Shown here: one piece after another, positions 9,377 through 19,280 of the stretch
How the letters are laid out: every line of letters begins with the position of its first letter
Numbering within the stretch: the stretch's first letter is position 1
DNA from: Candidatus Xenobia bacterium
GTDB lineage: Bacteria > Vulcanimicrobiota > Xenobia > Xenobiales > QWHO01
Assembly: GCA_045863235.1 (NCBI GenBank)
Contig: BTUM01000002.1
Coordinates: forward strand, 160,001-224,000
DNA length: 64,000 nucleotides
Direction: 5' to 3'
Notes under the pieces: generated by a model
What the model saw: only the letters and a program-made list of their open reading frames with translations
The model's database searches: none
What the model was told of the DNA's origin: nothing
Program-made: the position numbers and the translations under genes

Positions 9377-10114
9377 TCAACGACCGAAAGGGTTGCTGTT
9401 GCGGGGGGGGTCGACGGGCAGGGTGGCGGCCGCCAGGACGCCACCGGCCATTCCGAACAGATGGCTCTCCCAGGAAATTCCCTCCTTACCCGGGACCACG
9501 CCTGCCAGGCTCCCGGCAAAGAGGGCGGTGCTCAAAACGCTGAGAACGATGGGAAGAGGCCGGCGGTCGAACAGGCCCCGGGCCATCAAGAAACCCATAT
9601 AGCCATACACCACGCCACTTGCGCCCAGATGGATGGCAGTGCGACCGGCGGCCCAGGTTCCCAGCCCTGCAGCCAGGCCCGACATGATGGTCACGTCGCG
9701 GAACTTCTTGGGCCCGTGCAGCGCGACCAGCGAGCCGGCCGTCAAGACTCCGAGCGAGTTCGAGATCAGATGCTCCCAGTTGCCGTGCAGGAAGGGGGCC
9801 AGCGGAACGCCCACCAGCCCGGGGACCGACCTGGGCACGATGCCCAAATTGTCAAGTGCGCCGCCAAGCACCGTGTCCAGTGCCTCGGTGCCCCAGCAGG
9901 CCGCCAGGAAGCCAATGGGGCTCCCCACCGCGGCCGCGGCCAGGCCCAGCCCTGTCTTCTCGCCCTGTTGCCTGATACCGGATAGCGAGACGACCTCGCG
10001 GGCCCTGGTCAGATCGGCGACCGAGTCCTGAGCGGCGTTCTCCTCGGTCGACTTCTCGACGCGATGCGCTTTCGTCGGGCGGGAGGTTGTTGCGATGACG
10101 GGGGCGACGACCAT
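9377..10114 (-). CDS. Rhomboid family intramembrane serine protease
   Basis: APFLHGNWEHLISN, GASG and SHLFG motifs; AAGGAG RBS. Confidence 0.9.
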   Translation of the reverse strand: MVVAPVIATTSRPTKAHRVEKSTEENAAQDSVADLTRAREVVSLSGIRQQGEKTGLGLAAAAVGSPIGFLAACWGTEALDTVLGGALDNLGIVPRSVPGLVGVPLAPFLHGNWEHLISNSLGVLTAGSLVALHGPKKFRDVTIMSGLAAGLGTWAAGRTAIHLGASGVVYGYMGFLMARGLFDRRPLPIVLSVLSTALFAGSLAGVVPGKEGISWESHLFGMAGGVLAAATLPVDPPRNSNPFGR

Positions 10115-10172
10115 TGAGCAATCTCCTTCTTAAGACCTCTATACGGCCCGACCCGGAAATTTTCCTGAACCG

Positions 10173-11405
10173 TCAGCGCTGAAAGAAAGGGGTGTGATTG
10201 CCCAGTCGCAGGGCGGGACACTCGCTCTTGAGGCGCGCGAGCATCGCCGGCACTCCCAGCACTCGCCCGCCCGGGCGACGCACCCACTCGGCGTAGAGGT
10301 CCGGATCGATGTTGAGATTGCGAAGCTGGATCATGGTCACGCCTTGCTCGTGCACGAAGCGCACCAGGGCCTCCACTTCCTCCTCGGCATCGTTCCAGCC
10401 CGGCATGACCAGGTAGTTCAGGCACACCTGCAGGCCGTTGTCGGCGGCCATGCGCACCCCGGCAGCGACGTCGGCGAACGAGTAGTTGCGCGGCTGGTAA
10501 TAGGTTGTGTATTGCTCGTCGAGCACGCTGTTGAGCGAGACCCGGATGGAATCGAGCCCGGCCGCGATGACCATCTTGAGACCAGCCGGGCGCGAGCCGT
10601 TGGTGTTGAGATGGATGCAGCCCTGGTCGGTCTGCTCTCGCATGGCCCGGATGGAGCGGGCGATCAGCTCGGCCCGGAGCAGAGGCTCGCCCTCGCAGCC
10701 CTGCCCGAACGAGTAGATGGCCTCGGGAGCCTTCAGGTGCTCGAGCCCGACCTCGACGATCTCCTCGAGCGTGGGCACGAAGTCAAAGCGTTGCTGGGGG
10801 GAGGCCGGCATATCGTCGGGCTGGAGCGAGATGCAGCCGCGACAGACAGCGTTGCAGGCCGGGGACACCGGCACCGCGCCCTCCCAGCGGTTATGAAAGA
10901 CATTCTGGGCGTTATAGCAGCCGTACTCGACGGCGCAGACGGCCAGCTGGCGTAAAACCCGGTTCTCGGGTGAGGCTTTGAGTCGCCGCGCGATGCGCGC
11001 TTTCAGGTCTTTCCCGTGGTAACGAGAGGGGTCCCACCGAGGGTTGGCTTCGGTCTGCACGGCAGCGGCGTACAGCTTGCCACGCCGGAACACGACCGCG
11101 GCATAGCCGAACAGAGGTAGATGGGGAGCACCTTCCTCTCTCCTGTAGGCGGGCAGCAGAGTGCGAATGTAGCCCGAAGGTAACGAGCAGGCCAGCACCA
11201 GGGCGCCCTCGACCGGACGGGGCTCACCCGAGGCCCCGCGGGGCCAACCCACCGCCTGGCGGCCTGGCAGGTACATGACCGAGCTGTGAGCAGGAAGTGC
11301 GGTCAGCTCATCCGGGTGGGGGGCCCGAATCTCGACTCCGGTTCGGGCCGCGGCGACCCAGGCCCGCTCTTCCCAGAAGGAGCCGTCCGGGGCCGAGGCA
11401 GCCAG
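10173..11405 (-). CDS. Radical SAM protein (start uncertain: CTG at 11405 or ATG at 11276)
   Basis: CNAVCRGC motif and SFGQGCEGEP; the frame stays open and protein-like upstream of 11276. Confidence 0.85.
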   Translation of the reverse strand: MAASAPDGSFWEERAWVAAARTGVEIRAPHPDELTALPAHSSVMYLPGRQAVGWPRGASGEPRPVEGALVLACSLPSGYIRTLLPAYRREEGAPHLPLFGYAAVVFRRGKLYAAAVQTEANPRWDPSRYHGKDLKARIARRLKASPENRVLRQLAVCAVEYGCYNAQNVFHNRWEGAVPVSPACNAVCRGCISLQPDDMPASPQQRFDFVPTLEEIVEVGLEHLKAPEAIYSFGQGCEGEPLLRAELIARSIRAMREQTDQGCIHLNTNGSRPAGLKMVIAAGLDSIRVSLNSVLDEQYTTYYQPRNYSFADVAAGVRMAADNGLQVCLNYLVMPGWNDAEEEVEALVRFVHEQGVTMIQLRNLNIDPDLYAEWVRRPGGRVLGVPAMLARLKSECPALRLGNHTPFFQR

Positions 11406-11411
11406 GACGAA

Positions 11412-11432
11412 GCCCGAGGAATCTCCTCGGGC
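11412..11432 (-). terminator. Hairpin downstream of rho (terminator or RBS-sequestering stem)
   Basis: GCCCGAGGA-ATC-TCCTCGGGC, 9-bp stem; weak U tract. Confidence 0.4.
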
Positions 11433-11463
11433 CCGTCCCGGATTGGCAGCACGCCGCCGGAGC

Positions 11464-13731
11464 TTACTGCCCGCGGGCGTGGGAGACCTCGCGGCCCAGC
11501 GTGTTCAGGAAGTCCTCGTTGGTCTTGGTACGGCGCATGCGCTCGATCACCGCCTCGGTCGGATCCTGGCCGTCGCCGAGCAGGTCGAGAGCCCGGCGCA
11601 TCAGCCAGATCTTCTTCAGCTCCTCCTCGCCGAGCAAGAGCTCCTCGTGGCGGGTTCCCGACTTCTTGATGTCGATGGCCGGGAAGATGCGACGCTCGGC
11701 CAGTCGCCGACTGAGGTCGAGCTCCATGTTGCCGGTGCCTTTGAACTCCTCGAAGATCACCTCATCCATCTTCGAGCCGGTGTCGATCAGCGCGGTGGCA
11801 ATGATGGTCAGGCTGCCGCCGTTCTCGATATTTCGAGCGGCCCCGAAGAAGCGCTTGGGCATCCGCAGGGCGGCGGTGTCCAGGCCGCCGGTGAGGGTGC
11901 GTCCCGAAGGAGGGGTGATGTTGTTGTAGGCGCGACCCATACGGGTCAGCGAGTCCAGCAAGATGACCACGTCCTTGCCCATCTCGACCATGCGCATGGC
12001 TTTGGCCAGCACCAGCTCGGAAACGTGGGCGTGCTGCTCGGGCGGCTCATCGAAGGTAGACGAGATCACCTCGCCGGTGATCGAGCGCTCGAAGTCGGTA
12101 ACCTCTTCGGGACGCTCGTCCACAAGCAGGGCCATCAGCACGGTCTCGGGATAGTTGTTGATGATGCCGTTGGCGATCTTCTTGAGCAAGATTGTCTTAC
12201 CGGCTTTGGGGGGGGCGACGATCATGCCGCGCTGGCCCTTGCCGATGGGACAGAACAGGTCGATCAAGCGCGGCGAGAGGTCGCCGTCAGGCGACTCCAT
12301 CGTGTAGCGCTCGTTGGGGAAGATGGGGGTGAGCTGGTCGAAGTGCGGCCGGCGCCGCGCCTGCTCCGGATCCATGCCATTGACAGTGGAGACCTTCAGC
12401 AAGCCGTAATACTTCTCGCCATTCTTGGGAGGTCGCACCTGACCGAGGACCATGTCGCCCATGCGGAGGCTGAACCGCCGCACCTGGGAGATGGAGACAT
12501 AGATGTCCGATGGTCCGGGCAGGTAGCTGCGGCCACGCAGGAAGCCATAGCCCTCGGGCAAGATCTCCAGCACCCCGCTGGCAAACAGGTTGCCCATCCG
12601 CTCGCGCGGCTCTCCGCGACCCTCGAACTCGCCCGAAACCTCGCCGCGATCCCACTCGCGCTCCTGGCCCCATTCGCCTTCCTCGAGCTCCCAGTCTTCC
12701 CCGCTCTGCTCCGGAGCGCGGTGACGAGGCTCTTCGTCGCGAGGGCGATTGTCCCGGTCGCGACCCCTGCCCCGGTCACGGCCACGGCCGCCTCGCTCGC
12801 GCTCTTCCGGTTCGCGGGCCTGGAGCTCGCGGGTTTCCTCGCGCATCTCATCGCGCACCTCGAATTGATCTCGCTCGCGTCCGCGACCGGCCTGATGACG
12901 TCCGCCTCGGCCCTCATGCTCTCGACCGGCGCGCTCGCGGCCTTCTGGCTCGCGTCCCGCCCGCTCGTGTTCGCGGACCTCGTGCTCACGGCCAGCTCCG
13001 CGGCCCTCGTGCCCACGGCCACCGCGGTCACGGCCCTCGTGGCCACGGCCCTCTTGCTCTCGGGCGCCACGGTCACGGCCCTCTTGCTCTCGGGCGCCAC
13101 GGTCACGGCCCTCTTGCTCTCGGCCGCCACGGTCACGGCCCTCATGCTCGCGGCCACGGCCCTCTTGCTCTCGGGCGCCACGGTCACGGCCCTCATGCTC
13201 GCGGCCACGGCCCTCTTGCTCTCGGGCACCACGGTCACGGCCTTCGTGCTCGCGGCCACGGCCCTCGTGCTCGCGCCCGCCCCGCTGACGGCCTTCAGGC
13301 TCGCGTCCTGCTCGCGGCTCGCGAGCTTCGCCCTCTCGAGCTTCCCCCTCGACCTGATACTCATCTCGACGGAAGCGGTCTCGGGGGTGTCGGCGGGGCT
13401 CGCGCTGGCCACCCTCCTCCGGCCGGGCTGGAGCCGGCTCGACCTCGGCCTGGCCCTCGTCGCGGCGATAACGGCCGGGCCTCGGACGCGGGACGTACAC
13501 GTCATCCTCCGATTCAGCCACCATTCCGGGCGGCTCCTCGGCCACCGCCACGGCCACCGACGCCTCGGCCATCTCCTGGCCGCCCTCCGGGGCACCGAGC
13601 TTCTCGAGGATCTTGTCCACGAGCTCGTCCTTTTTCAGTTTCTGGTGCCCCGACAGCCCAATCTCCTTGGACAGGTCGAGCAACTCGGTGCGGGTTTTGC
13701 GCCGAAGCTCGGCGCCGGTGAATCGATCCAT
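11464..13731 (-). CDS. rho: Transcription termination factor Rho with long R/E/G-rich N-terminal insertion
   Basis: [34 protein letters not shown] and FKGTGNME motifs; 755 aa. Confidence 0.97.
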   Translation of the reverse strand: MDRFTGAELRRKTRTELLDLSKEIGLSGHQKLKKDELVDKILEKLGAPEGGQEMAEASVAVAVAEEPPGMVAESEDDVYVPRPRPGRYRRDEGQAEVEPAPARPEEGGQREPRRHPRDRFRRDEYQVEGEAREGEAREPRAGREPEGRQRGGREHEGRGREHEGRDRGAREQEGRGREHEGRDRGAREQEGRGREHEGRDRGGREQEGRDRGAREQEGRDRGAREQEGRGHEGRDRGGRGHEGRGAGREHEVREHERAGREPEGRERAGREHEGRGGRHQAGRGRERDQFEVRDEMREETRELQAREPEERERGGRGRDRGRGRDRDNRPRDEEPRHRAPEQSGEDWELEEGEWGQEREWDRGEVSGEFEGRGEPRERMGNLFASGVLEILPEGYGFLRGRSYLPGPSDIYVSISQVRRFSLRMGDMVLGQVRPPKNGEKYYGLLKVSTVNGMDPEQARRRPHFDQLTPIFPNERYTMESPDGDLSPRLIDLFCPIGKGQRGMIVAPPKAGKTILLKKIANGIINNYPETVLMALLVDERPEEVTDFERSITGEVISSTFDEPPEQHAHVSELVLAKAMRMVEMGKDVVILLDSLTRMGRAYNNITPPSGRTLTGGLDTAALRMPKRFFGAARNIENGGSLTIIATALIDTGSKMDEVIFEEFKGTGNMELDLSRRLAERRIFPAIDIKKSGTRHEELLLGEEELKKIWLMRRALDLLGDGQDPTEAVIERMRRTKTNEDFLNTLGREVSHARGQ
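13010..13275 (-). repeat. In-frame tandem repeats in rho (30-bp and 21-bp units, [10 protein letters not shown] / REHEGRG)
   Basis: GGTCACGGCCCTCTTGCTCTCGGGCGCCAC and variants repeated head to tail. Confidence 0.9.
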
Positions 13732-13799
13732 TGTACACCCCTTCTTGGGTAGCTTGTCTTTTGGCCCTCGCGGGCCGAGTTTCTATCCTGCGCTGGCCG

Positions 13800-14852
13800 T
13801 CAATCGGCCAGACGATAACGTTTGAGCTGCCAGAGACTGGCTCCGAACGCAAGCAGCGTTGAGACAGCCAGTATCAAGAGAGGCCTGCTCACCTCGCTGA
13901 AGCCCGCTCCCCCCAGAATGGACTGGCTGAGAGCCGACTGCAGGTAGTAAGTGGGCATCCAGCGGGCTGCCTGGAACATCACCTGGCTCACGTCGGCCAG
14001 TGCGACCGGCACGAACAAAACCAGATAGAGGCCCGACAACACCGCATTAGCCGTGGCCTGGCTCTGGACGCTCAAACCGACCAGAGTACCGAGCCCGGCA
14101 AAAGCCAGGCAGCCCAGTGCGATGAGAGCCAGCTCGGACAACCAGGAGCGAGTAAAGCCCTGATTGAGAGCCAGCACCAGGACCGAGGCCAGAGCTGCCA
14201 GGAAGAAGCCGGACAGGAGCTTTCCCGCCAGCACTTCCCACAGCTCCACTGGAGCCGCAAGTATCGCCGAAAGTGTCTTTTTCTCCTTCTCCTCCACCAG
14301 GGTTGAGGCGGTCACCATCAACGCTCCCAGCGTCGTGAAGACCACCCAGATGGGCAGAAGCGTTTTCCGGGGCGCCCCGGTAAACTCACGCACCTTGTCC
14401 ACTCGGATGTCCGCGGGGATCTCCTGGCCAACCTGCTCGCGCAGAGCGGACCGAATGGCCTCGCGGATCACCGCAACCTGACCGCGGTAGCTTTCGTCTA
14501 CCGCAAGATCGAGGCGAGGGAACAGATCCTGTTCGAGGGAACCATCGAAACCAGCGGGCACTCCCAGCGAGGCCGGAGCCCGACCCCGCTCGACCAGCTC
14601 GCGCCCCTGGCTCCAGCTGGAAACCCTCTCAATTCTTATCAACTCGGAGGCTTCAAGAACCCTCACCAGGCCACTCGACCCGGGGTCGTAGACCGCCAGG
14701 AGAGGCCGGCGGATGTCGGCCGCTCCCAGTGACCGGGCCATCAAGACCGACAGCACAACCGGACCGAGCAGCATCACCAGAAGAGTCTGGCTGCGAGCAG
14801 CATCCTCCAGGTCTTTACCGAACAGGGCGATTATCGCGCGTAGACTGGCCAA
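13800..14852 (-). CDS. ABC-2 type exporter permease
   Basis: N-terminal TM, extracytoplasmic loop, EEKEKKTL...LAAPV motif, C-terminal TMs. Confidence 0.9.
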   Translation of the reverse strand: MASLRAIIALFGKDLEDAARSQTLLVMLLGPVVLSVLMARSLGAADIRRPLLAVYDPGSSGLVRVLEASELIRIERVSSWSQGRELVERGRAPASLGVPAGFDGSLEQDLFPRLDLAVDESYRGQVAVIREAIRSALREQVGQEIPADIRVDKVREFTGAPRKTLLPIWVVFTTLGALMVTASTLVEEKEKKTLSAILAAPVELWEVLAGKLLSGFFLAALASVLVLALNQGFTRSWLSELALIALGCLAFAGLGTLVGLSVQSQATANAVLSGLYLVLFVPVALADVSQVMFQAARWMPTYYLQSALSQSILGGAGFSEVSRPLLILAVSTLLAFGASLWQLKRYRLAD

Positions 14853-14858
14853 AACGGC

Positions 14859-15497
14859 TCAGGGCTTCGGCTCGCTCGCCTCGTCGGGGGACGGTGCGAC
14901 CTCCTTTTCGCTCGCCGGGCCGGAGCCCGAGGTGACCTCGGTTTCGATCACCTCGACACCCGCCGGGTTGAGTATCTCCCGAGCACTCGCTTTCTGGTCC
15001 TCACTCAGACCCTTCAAGTCGAGTCGCTCATAGCTCATAATCTGAGTCTTGAAATTCTCCCGCACCAAAAACTGAATCCCATCAGAAGAAAGCAGCTTGG
15101 CTGCGGCCTTCTCTGCCTGAGCCTTCTTGGGATAGATGGCCCCGTAGGTCAAAACCGTGCCCCCCGGCTTGTAATCAAACTTGTGCTTCTGCAGCTTGAG
15201 GGTCTTGGCCAGAGGCTCGAGACTGGACGGGTCGTCCGACTCCAAGACCAGCTTGTAGCCTTTGAGAACCCGCTTCTCGCCCTTCTCGCGCTGAATGGGA
15301 ACCTCGCCCAGTCCGGCCTCCTCGAGAGCCTTCTTAAGCTTGGTGGCCTGGTCGCGCTTCTCAACCTTGACGACAAGGTCGAACTTCTTTGGCTCGGGAG
15401 CTTTGGAGAAGATGCCCTTGGCATACGCGATCAGGGCTCCGTCCACGACGAGGCCAACAAGAACAAGTGCAATCAGGGCTCTGCGGATGGTAGACAC
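14859..15497 (-). CDS. Hypothetical membrane-anchored Lys-rich protein (possibly SPOR-like)
   Basis: Single N-terminal TM, 212 aa, own promoter, abuts the permease gene. Confidence 0.6.
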   Translation of the reverse strand: MSTIRRALIALVLVGLVVDGALIAYAKGIFSKAPEPKKFDLVVKVEKRDQATKLKKALEEAGLGEVPIQREKGEKRVLKGYKLVLESDDPSSLEPLAKTLKLQKHKFDYKPGGTVLTYGAIYPKKAQAEKAAAKLLSSDGIQFLVRENFKTQIMSYERLDLKGLSEDQKASAREILNPAGVEVIETEVTSGSGPASEKEVAPSPDEASEPKP

Positions 15498-15523
15498 GGC
15501 GATCCTCGCTGGAAAGCGCCTTC

Positions 15524-15552
15524 AGTTTAGGCGATGATACGGGGGCTGTCAA
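15524..15552 (-). promoter_or_regulatory. Sigma70-type promoter
   Basis: TTGACA-17 bp-TAAACT on the minus strand, 26 nt upstream of the GTG at 15497. Confidence 0.7.
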
Positions 15553-15596
15553 TCGGAACCAGTCTGGCTGGTTGACCGTGATTCAACGCCGAAGCG

Positions 15597-16349
15597 TCAG
15601 ATCCTCGACGAGGCGGGCTCTTCGACGGTTTCATGCAGTCTCCTTCCAGTCAGCCGAAGGAACACTTCTTCCAGTGTCCCTCCCTGGCGAAGCGCGTCTG
15701 GATGGTCGCAAACCAGCAGGTGACCTCGATCCAGGATAGCCACCCGGGCGCAAAGCTCCTGGGCCTCCTCCATGGAATGGGTGGTAAGGAAGATGGTCTT
15801 GCCCGAGGCACTGAGGTCACGCACCCGCTCGCGCACATCCCGGGCAGCCCGCGGGTCGAGCCCGGCGGTGGGCTCGTCCAGAAAGAGCAGCTCCGGGTCT
15901 CCGACCAGAGCTCGGGCGAGAGCCAATCTCTGCCGCATTCCTCGCGAGAGACGGGAGACCACGTCCCGTCTTCTCTCCCAGAGATCGAAGGAGCGCAAGA
16001 GCTCCTCGCAGCGGCCGGGGCCGACCCCGTGAAGGCGGGCAAAAAAGGCCAGGTTACTGGCCACGCTGAGCCGATCGTAGTGACCCGCATCCTCAGACGA
16101 CAGGCCGATGCGGCGTCGAAGCTCGCGCCCCCGCGAGGCCGGATCCAGACCCAGAACGCTGACGCTGCCAGCCGAAGCCTTCAGCTGGCCGGTCAGAATC
16201 CGAATGGTCGTGGTCTTGCCGGCTCCGTTGGGGCCCAGAAATCCGAAGACTTCGCCCTTGCTCACCTCGAAGGTGACGTCCAGCAGCGCCTCCCGGGCTC
16301 CGAAGCGGCGAGACAGACCCTGGACCGAGATCGCTACATGTAGCCCCAT
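15597..16349 (-). CDS. ABC transporter ATP-binding protein
   Basis: GPNGAGKTT, LSRGMRQR, LFLDEPT and H-loop. Confidence 0.95.
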   Translation of the reverse strand: MGLHVAISVQGLSRRFGAREALLDVTFEVSKGEVFGFLGPNGAGKTTTIRILTGQLKASAGSVSVLGLDPASRGRELRRRIGLSSEDAGHYDRLSVASNLAFFARLHGVGPGRCEELLRSFDLWERRRDVVSRLSRGMRQRLALARALVGDPELLFLDEPTAGLDPRAARDVRERVRDLSASGKTIFLTTHSMEEAQELCARVAILDRGHLLVCDHPDALRQGGTLEEVFLRLTGRRLHETVEEPASSRI

Positions 16350-16825
16350 TCTTCTTCAAGTCGGCGACGGGCGGCGCGATTCTCACGCATCGCCTCGTTG
16401 ATCATCTCATTGCCTTCCCAGATCACGCTCAATCCCTGATCGATCAGGTGGGCGTCTCCTGACTCGGAGAAGTGGTAGAGCGCTTCCAGGCCCTCCTCGA
16501 ATTTCTCCACCCCGGTCATGCCCAGGTTGACTTCCTCATTGCCGTAATCGTAATAGCCCGTCTCGCGGACGTAGCTAACGATGCCCTCTTTGTGCTTCTC
16601 CAGAAACTCGAACAAATTCTTGATGAACTCGCCGAATTCGGAGGCCGACCACTGACCGGAGCGGGCCTTCTCGGCTGCGTCTCGGATCTGCTCGTAGCGG
16701 CCGGTGATGTGGCCCGTGCCACTGGAGACAGAAGTGGCGTCGATCTTGGGCAAACGGGCATTGCACTGGACGCAAAATCCAGTGCCAGTCTCATTGGCGT
16801 GACCACAACTCAGACAGACGATCAT
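16334..16825 (-). CDS. Zinc-ribbon domain protein
   Basis: N-terminal CLSC...N...FCVQC followed by a helical region. Confidence 0.75.
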   Translation of the reverse strand: MIVCLSCGHANETGTGFCVQCNARLPKIDATSVSSGTGHITGRYEQIRDAAEKARSGQWSASEFGEFIKNLFEFLEKHKEGIVSYVRETGYYDYGNEEVNLGMTGVEKFEEGLEALYHFSESGDAHLIDQGLSVIWEGNEMINEAMRENRAARRRLEEEWGYM

Positions 16826-16884
16826 CGACTAGACAACTTCGAGCGATTGCCTTTCAACAAGTCCCCCTAAGTCTCCCTTCCCCC

Positions 16885-17556
16885 TCATCCGGTTGCCAGA
16901 CGCCCCCCTTCCAGGTAGTACACCTGTTCGGCGTAGGCAGCCACGGCCGGGTCGTGCGTCACCAGCACGACGGTGACCTTCTGGGTATCGTTAATCGACT
17001 TGAGGACCTGCATCACCTCTTTGGTGGCGCGCCCATCCAGGTTGCCGGAGGGCTCGTCTGCCAGGATCAGGCGGGGGAGATTGGCCAGTGCCCGGGCGAT
17101 GGCTACCCTCTGCTGCTGGCCTCCGGACAGGCTGTTCACGGGCTGGTTGGCCCTCTGATCCAGACCCACCGCCTTGAGCAGCATGACGGCCCTTTCGTCG
17201 CGCTCGCTGCGCCGCAAGGAAGCCAGTTGCATGGGCAGGATCACGTTCTCGAAGACGGTCAGGGTGGGCAACAGGTTGTAGTTCTGAAAGACGAATCCGA
17301 TGTGGCGCAGGCGGATGCGCTCGCGGGTCGTCTCGTTGGCATTGGCGACATCGCGGTCCTCCAGGATCACCTGCCCGAAGGTGGGGCTGTCCAGACAGCC
17401 GATCAGATTCAGCAAGGTGGTCTTGCCCGAGCCCGAGGGGCCCATCAGCGACACGAAGGCCCCCGAGGGAATGTGCAGCGTCACGTTTTCGAGCACCTTC
17501 ACCGGACCGGCCGGAGACTCGTAGTACTTGTGGACGGCGTTGAGGCGAACGTGCAT
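16885..17556 (-). CDS. ABC ATP-binding protein, LolD/MacB type
   Basis: [30 protein letters not shown] and ADEPSGNLD. Confidence 0.95.
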   Translation of the reverse strand: MHVRLNAVHKYYESPAGPVKVLENVTLHIPSGAFVSLMGPSGSGKTTLLNLIGCLDSPTFGQVILEDRDVANANETTRERIRLRHIGFVFQNYNLLPTLTVFENVILPMQLASLRRSERDERAVMLLKAVGLDQRANQPVNSLSGGQQQRVAIARALANLPRLILADEPSGNLDGRATKEVMQVLKSINDTQKVTVVLVTHDPAVAAYAEQVYYLEGGRLATG

Positions 17557-18705
17557 TCAGTCCCAGCGCAATCCATCCACGATCTTCAACCGCCAGACCA
17601 GCACCGCCGGGATGGCGGCCCCGACCAGCCCGACAAAGCAAGACAGGAGGAGAGCCTCCCCTACCAGGACCAGAGTGACCTGAGCCAGGGGAAAGGTCAG
17701 CTTGAACAGCACGAGCACGGCCCGATCGAGCAGATAGGATGCCAACCAGCCGAAAAAGATCCCCAGCATCCCGCCGGCCAGGCTCAAGAGTACCGACTCT
17801 GCCATGATCATGAGCACGACCACCGTGCGACTGGCCCCGATGGCGCGCAGGGTGGCGAACTCCCGCAAACGCTCATAGGTGGACATCAGCATGGTGTTCA
17901 TGGCGGCGGTGATGGCGATCAGAACACCGATGGCGGCGATGCAGAATTGCAGCAACCAGACGTATTTGATGTAGTCGCTCGCCACCCCCATGTACTGGGC
18001 CTTGGTGAGAGCGTGAGCCCCGGGGATCCCGAGCTGGTTGATTCGTCGGGCCACCTCGGGAGCCGAGTAGGGATCGCGCAGCTTGATCCAGACCTCCTGC
18101 ACACCCCTGGCATTGGTCTCCTGAATGGCTGTCTCCAGGGGCATATAGACGAAGTAGTCCTGAAAGCTGCCCAGCCCCGAGCGCACCAGACCGGAGACAA
18201 CGTAGCGGTTCTGGCCGTTTTGCAGGGAGGAGCCCTGAGCCAACGCCTCGTTGACCGCCAGCCCTTCTCCCAGCATCACACGCCCGGGTCCCAGGGGATC
18301 GCCCACAAAGGTGAGACCGGGAAAGAAGACACCCATCTGGCCCGGATCCAGCGCGATGACCGGCATGACCGCCGTGCGGCCGGTCCAGGCCTGGCGGATC
18401 ACTCCACCTGCCGTGTCCACCTGCTCGAACTTCCTGATCTCGTCCAGCCAGGTCAGGGCGATGGTGTCGCTGGAAAGGCCCAGCGTTCCCACCGGCCCGG
18501 TCGGCAGCGGCACAGCCGAGTGAGGCAGCACGTAGACTTGCACGTCTCGCCCGTCCAATTCGTTGACCACGCGGCGATACAACCCCTCGGCCAGGGAAAG
18601 CAGGGCCACGAACGAGCCCACCGCAAGCAACACTCCGATCAGAGTGAGCAGGCTGCGCTCGCGGTTGCGAACCACGTTCCGAAAGGCCAGGCTGAGAACG
18701 ATCAT
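17557..18705 (-). CDS. ABC permease, MacB/FtsX type
   Basis: RSLLTLIGV at the N-terminus and ERLREFATLRAIGA motif; start at MIVLSLAFRN. Confidence 0.92.
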   Translation of the reverse strand: MIVLSLAFRNVVRNRERSLLTLIGVLLAVGSFVALLSLAEGLYRRVVNELDGRDVQVYVLPHSAVPLPTGPVGTLGLSSDTIALTWLDEIRKFEQVDTAGGVIRQAWTGRTAVMPVIALDPGQMGVFFPGLTFVGDPLGPGRVMLGEGLAVNEALAQGSSLQNGQNRYVVSGLVRSGLGSFQDYFVYMPLETAIQETNARGVQEVWIKLRDPYSAPEVARRINQLGIPGAHALTKAQYMGVASDYIKYVWLLQFCIAAIGVLIAITAAMNTMLMSTYERLREFATLRAIGASRTVVVLMIMAESVLLSLAGGMLGIFFGWLASYLLDRAVLVLFKLTFPLAQVTLVLVGEALLLSCFVGLVGAAIPAVLVWRLKIVDGLRWD

Positions 18706-19280
18706 GCCGGCCTCCGGCTCACCCAGGGACTGCCCGAGTGAAAGAACCGCCAGGGCCGTTCGACCGCCTGGCGGATGCCGATGCGGGGCCCGCTGCTGAT
18801 GCTGGTCGTAGCCTGGCTTGCGCCCAACCAATCGAGCATGCAGGTGCCGTTGTGCGTGAGATCGACCGCCAGCGCCTGGCATAGCCGGCCCGGCCCACTG
18901 GCCAGCAGACGAAGCTGGGCGCGGCCCCGCCGAGTGACCATGGACTCCAGCCCCAGGCGGGGCTCCAGGGCTCGCAGAAGCACCGCCCCGGCTCGCCCGG
19001 GGGGATGGGCCACCACGTTCAAGCAGAAGTGATTCCCGTAGATGAAGTAGACGTAGGCCCGGCCCGGCTCTTCGAACATGGCCCGGTTGCGGCGAGTGGG
19101 GCCTCGAAAGGCATGCGAGGCCGGATCGTCGCTGTCAGTATAGGCCTCGGTCTCGACCAGCGGGCCACCGACACCCTGGTGGAGCAACCAGACTCCTACC
19201 AGGTCACGGGCCACTTCCACCGTTTCGCGCTCAAAGAAAGAACGGCTCAGGGCGGTCAGCGGAGGAGGCTCAGGCTCCAC
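18702..19280 (-). CDS. mpg: DNA-3-methyladenine glycosylase (MPG/AAG family)
   Basis: VETEAY, DPASH, YVYFIYG, AVLLRALEP, GPGRLCQAL and GPRIGI motifs. Confidence 0.93.
   Translation of the reverse strand: MEPEPPPLTALSRSFFERETVEVARDLVGVWLLHQGVGGPLVETEAYTDSDDPASHAFRGPTRRNRAMFEEPGRAYVYFIYGNHFCLNVVAHPPGRAGAVLLRALEPRLGLESMVTRRGRAQLRLLASGPGRLCQALAVDLTHNGTCMLDWLGASQATTSISSGPRIGIRQAVERPWRFFHSGSPWVSRRPA

Noticed and set aside
13010..13275. CRISPR-like array in the rho region
   Set aside because: Repeats are contiguous, in frame, lack unique spacers, and there are no cas genes.
11443..13752. 769-aa plus-strand ORF antisense to rho
   Set aside because: Shadow ORF from high-GC codon bias and repeats; no recognisable motifs. 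The same applies to 513-2051, 16954-18741, 27784-29496, 33068-34651 and 39287-41677.
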